A program made the position numbers and the translations under genes. Shown piece by piece: positions 62,621-64,000 of a stretch of 64,000 nt of DNA. How positions within the stretch are numbered: the first letter of the stretch is position 1; every line of letters starts with the position of its first letter. Origin of the DNA: a virus (taxonomy: Duplodnaviria > Caudoviricetes); the IMG/VR virus record IMGVR_UViG_3300037851_000284, positions 32,001 to 96,000 of that record. The stretch is one strand, 5' to 3'. The notes under the pieces were generated by a model, which worked only from the letters and a program-made list of their open reading frames with translations, was not told where the DNA came from and did not search any database.

Positions 62621-63845
62621 AGACTGGGTGCAGTATGCGGGACCTTATTTTACATCTGAGGAATATGTAGAAGCAATAAGAACTCTACTAGATGGTTGGC
62701 TTGTATTAGGACCTAAAGCCATAGAGTTCGAAAGAAAGTTTCCAAAAAAGCTAGGTAAAGATAAAGGAATATTAACTAATAGTGGCTCTAGTGCTAATCT
62801 AATAGCCTTGAGAGTACTTATAGAAAAGTATAATTTAAAATCAAACTCTAAAGTAATAACTCCTGTTGCTGGATTCCCTACTACAGTTAATCCGATAATA
62901 CAGTGCGGATTAACTCCGTTATTTGTAGATATAGAATTACCATCATTGAATATAGATATTTTTAAATTAAGTAAAATAAAAGATGGTAGAGTGTTAATGC
63001 TGGCGCACGCCCTAGGTAATCCAGTAGACCTAGAATTCCTATCAAACAATTATTATACAGACGATTTATTATTAATAGAAGATTGTTGTGATGCGCTAGG
63101 AGCAACATATTATAACAATTCCGTAGGAACATTAGCAGATATAGCTACCTGTTCATTCTACCCTGCCCACCATATTACTATGGGGGAAGGGGGGTTTGTG
63201 GCTACGAACGACAGCGAATTAGAACGAATAGCTAGAAGCTTTAGAGATTGGGGAAGAGGATGCTATTGTTGCGGAAAGGAACCATCATTATCAAAGACTG
63301 GAAAGTGTAGTAAAAGATTTTCTAACTGGTTGGAATCAATTCCTAATGAAGAGTTTGATCATAAGTATATATACGACAGAATCGGATATAACTTAAAACC
63401 TATAGAACTTCAAGCAGCAATAGGCCTAGTTCAATTAAAAAAGCTACCAGAAATAGTAAAAATAAGAAACAATAATTTTAAATTATTATATAATATATTT
63501 AAAAAATATGAATCATTCTTCTACCTTCCAGTAGCAACCAAGGACACCAAACCAAGTTGGTTTGCGTTCCCATTAACACTAAAAGAAAATATACCATTTA
63601 ATCGTAACAAGATATGTAAGTATCTTGAAGATAATAAAATACAAACTCGTCCCTATTTCGCAGGAAATATACTATTACACCCAGCTTATAAAAACCTACC
63701 TCAAGCCGTTAACGCAGCAAAGAAGTTTCCAGTAGCCACGTATGTTACACTAAATACTTTTTTCTTAGGAGTTTCTCCAGTTATAACACAGGATATGATA
63801 GATTATATAGAAGAAGTAGTAGAAAGATTTTTTAAATCATTATGA
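62553..63845 (+). CDS. rfbH: RfbH/DdhC-like NDP-4-keto-6-deoxyhexose 3-dehydrase
   Basis: TNSGSSANL, FPTTVNP, EDCCDALG, SFYPAHHITMGEGG (His replaces the PLP Lys), RDWGRGCYC, HKY.Y. Confidence 0.88.
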   Translation: MNSEEIKKIVNQNIQRKTWIKGKDWVQYAGPYFTSEEYVEAIRTLLDGWLVLGPKAIEFERKFPKKLGKDKGILTNSGSSANLIALRVLIEKYNLKSNSKVITPVAGFPTTVNPIIQCGLTPLFVDIELPSLNIDIFKLSKIKDGRVLMLAHALGNPVDLEFLSNNYYTDDLLLIEDCCDALGATYYNNSVGTLADIATCSFYPAHHITMGEGGFVATNDSELERIARSFRDWGRGCYCCGKEPSLSKTGKCSKRFSNWLESIPNEEFDHKYIYDRIGYNLKPIELQAAIGLVQLKKLPEIVKIRNNNFKLLYNIFKKYESFFYLPVATKDTKPSWFAFPLTLKENIPFNRNKICKYLEDNKIQTRPYFAGNILLHPAYKNLPQAVNAAKKFPVATYVTLNTFFLGVSPVITQDMIDYIEEVVERFFKSL

Positions 63846-64000
63846 TAGTATATATAACTGGATGCTTAGGATTCATAGGATACTACGTAGCTAGTAAGTG
63901 CCTTGCTAAAGGTTGGCACGTCAGGGGAATAGATAAAATAACCTACGCAGCAAATCCAGAACTACTGAAACAACTTAATATATTTGATAAATTTAAATTT
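63842..64000 (+). CDS. NAD-dependent sugar epimerase/dehydratase (partial, runs off window)
   Basis: MIVYITGCLGFIG...IDKITYAA Rossmann start as in dTDP-glucose 4,6-dehydratases. Confidence 0.8.
   Translation, partial: MIVYITGCLGFIGYYVASKCLAKGWHVRGIDKITYAANPELLKQLNIFDKFKF

Noticed and set aside
2312-63049. Most minus-strand ORFs in the track
   Set aside because: They are antisense shadows of well-supported plus-strand genes, with no RBS or motifs; only 45595..46611 is accepted.
1-64000. Genome-wide stop-codon reassignment (code 4, 15 or 25)
   Set aside because: Long conserved genes are intact in code 11, and TAA, TAG and TGA all terminate real genes; only isolated interrupted small ORFs were seen.
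1-64000. Cellular chromosome or plasmid origin
   Set aside because: No rRNA, ribosomal-protein or housekeeping operons. PolB, Sak, a fused primase-helicase and dense small ORFs point to a large phage, although no structural genes are in this window to prove it.

Overview
AT-rich, gene-dense 64 kb segment that reads as part of a large tailed-phage (jumbo or huge phage) genome. This rests on PolB, a primase-helicase fusion, RecA, a Sak/Rad52-like annealase, a sigma factor, Dam and interspersed tRNAs, with no rRNA or core cellular operons. Almost all genes are on the + strand and use standard code 11. Layout: (1) 0.1-6.4 kb is a tRNA array (8 intact, 2-3 decayed) interleaved with small ORFs, an HNH nuclease and ClpP. 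(2) 5.6-11.7 kb is an RNA-repair island: cyclic-phosphate-processing receiver domain, RNA ligase, NUDIX-like protein, Ro60/TROVE, and five related Y-RNA-like hairpin RNAs sharing a TGTAR / WTACTTC / YRMTTT scaffold, some carrying anticodon-like or T-arm-like loops, plus further structured RNAs. (3) 13-22 kb has a ClpA/C-like ATPase, SSB, a phosphoesterase and a Ycf46-AAA/DUF1257/DUF2997 module. (4) 25-51 kb has recombination and replication genes, a ThiF(E1)-large protein-Ubl(GG) module, and a radical SAM/SPASM gene flanked by six MKxRxGFVSNSSS paralogs. (5) 52.5-64 kb is a glycosyltransferase and deoxy/branched-sugar biosynthesis cluster. All calls come from motif recognition by eye; no database searches or folding programs were run.
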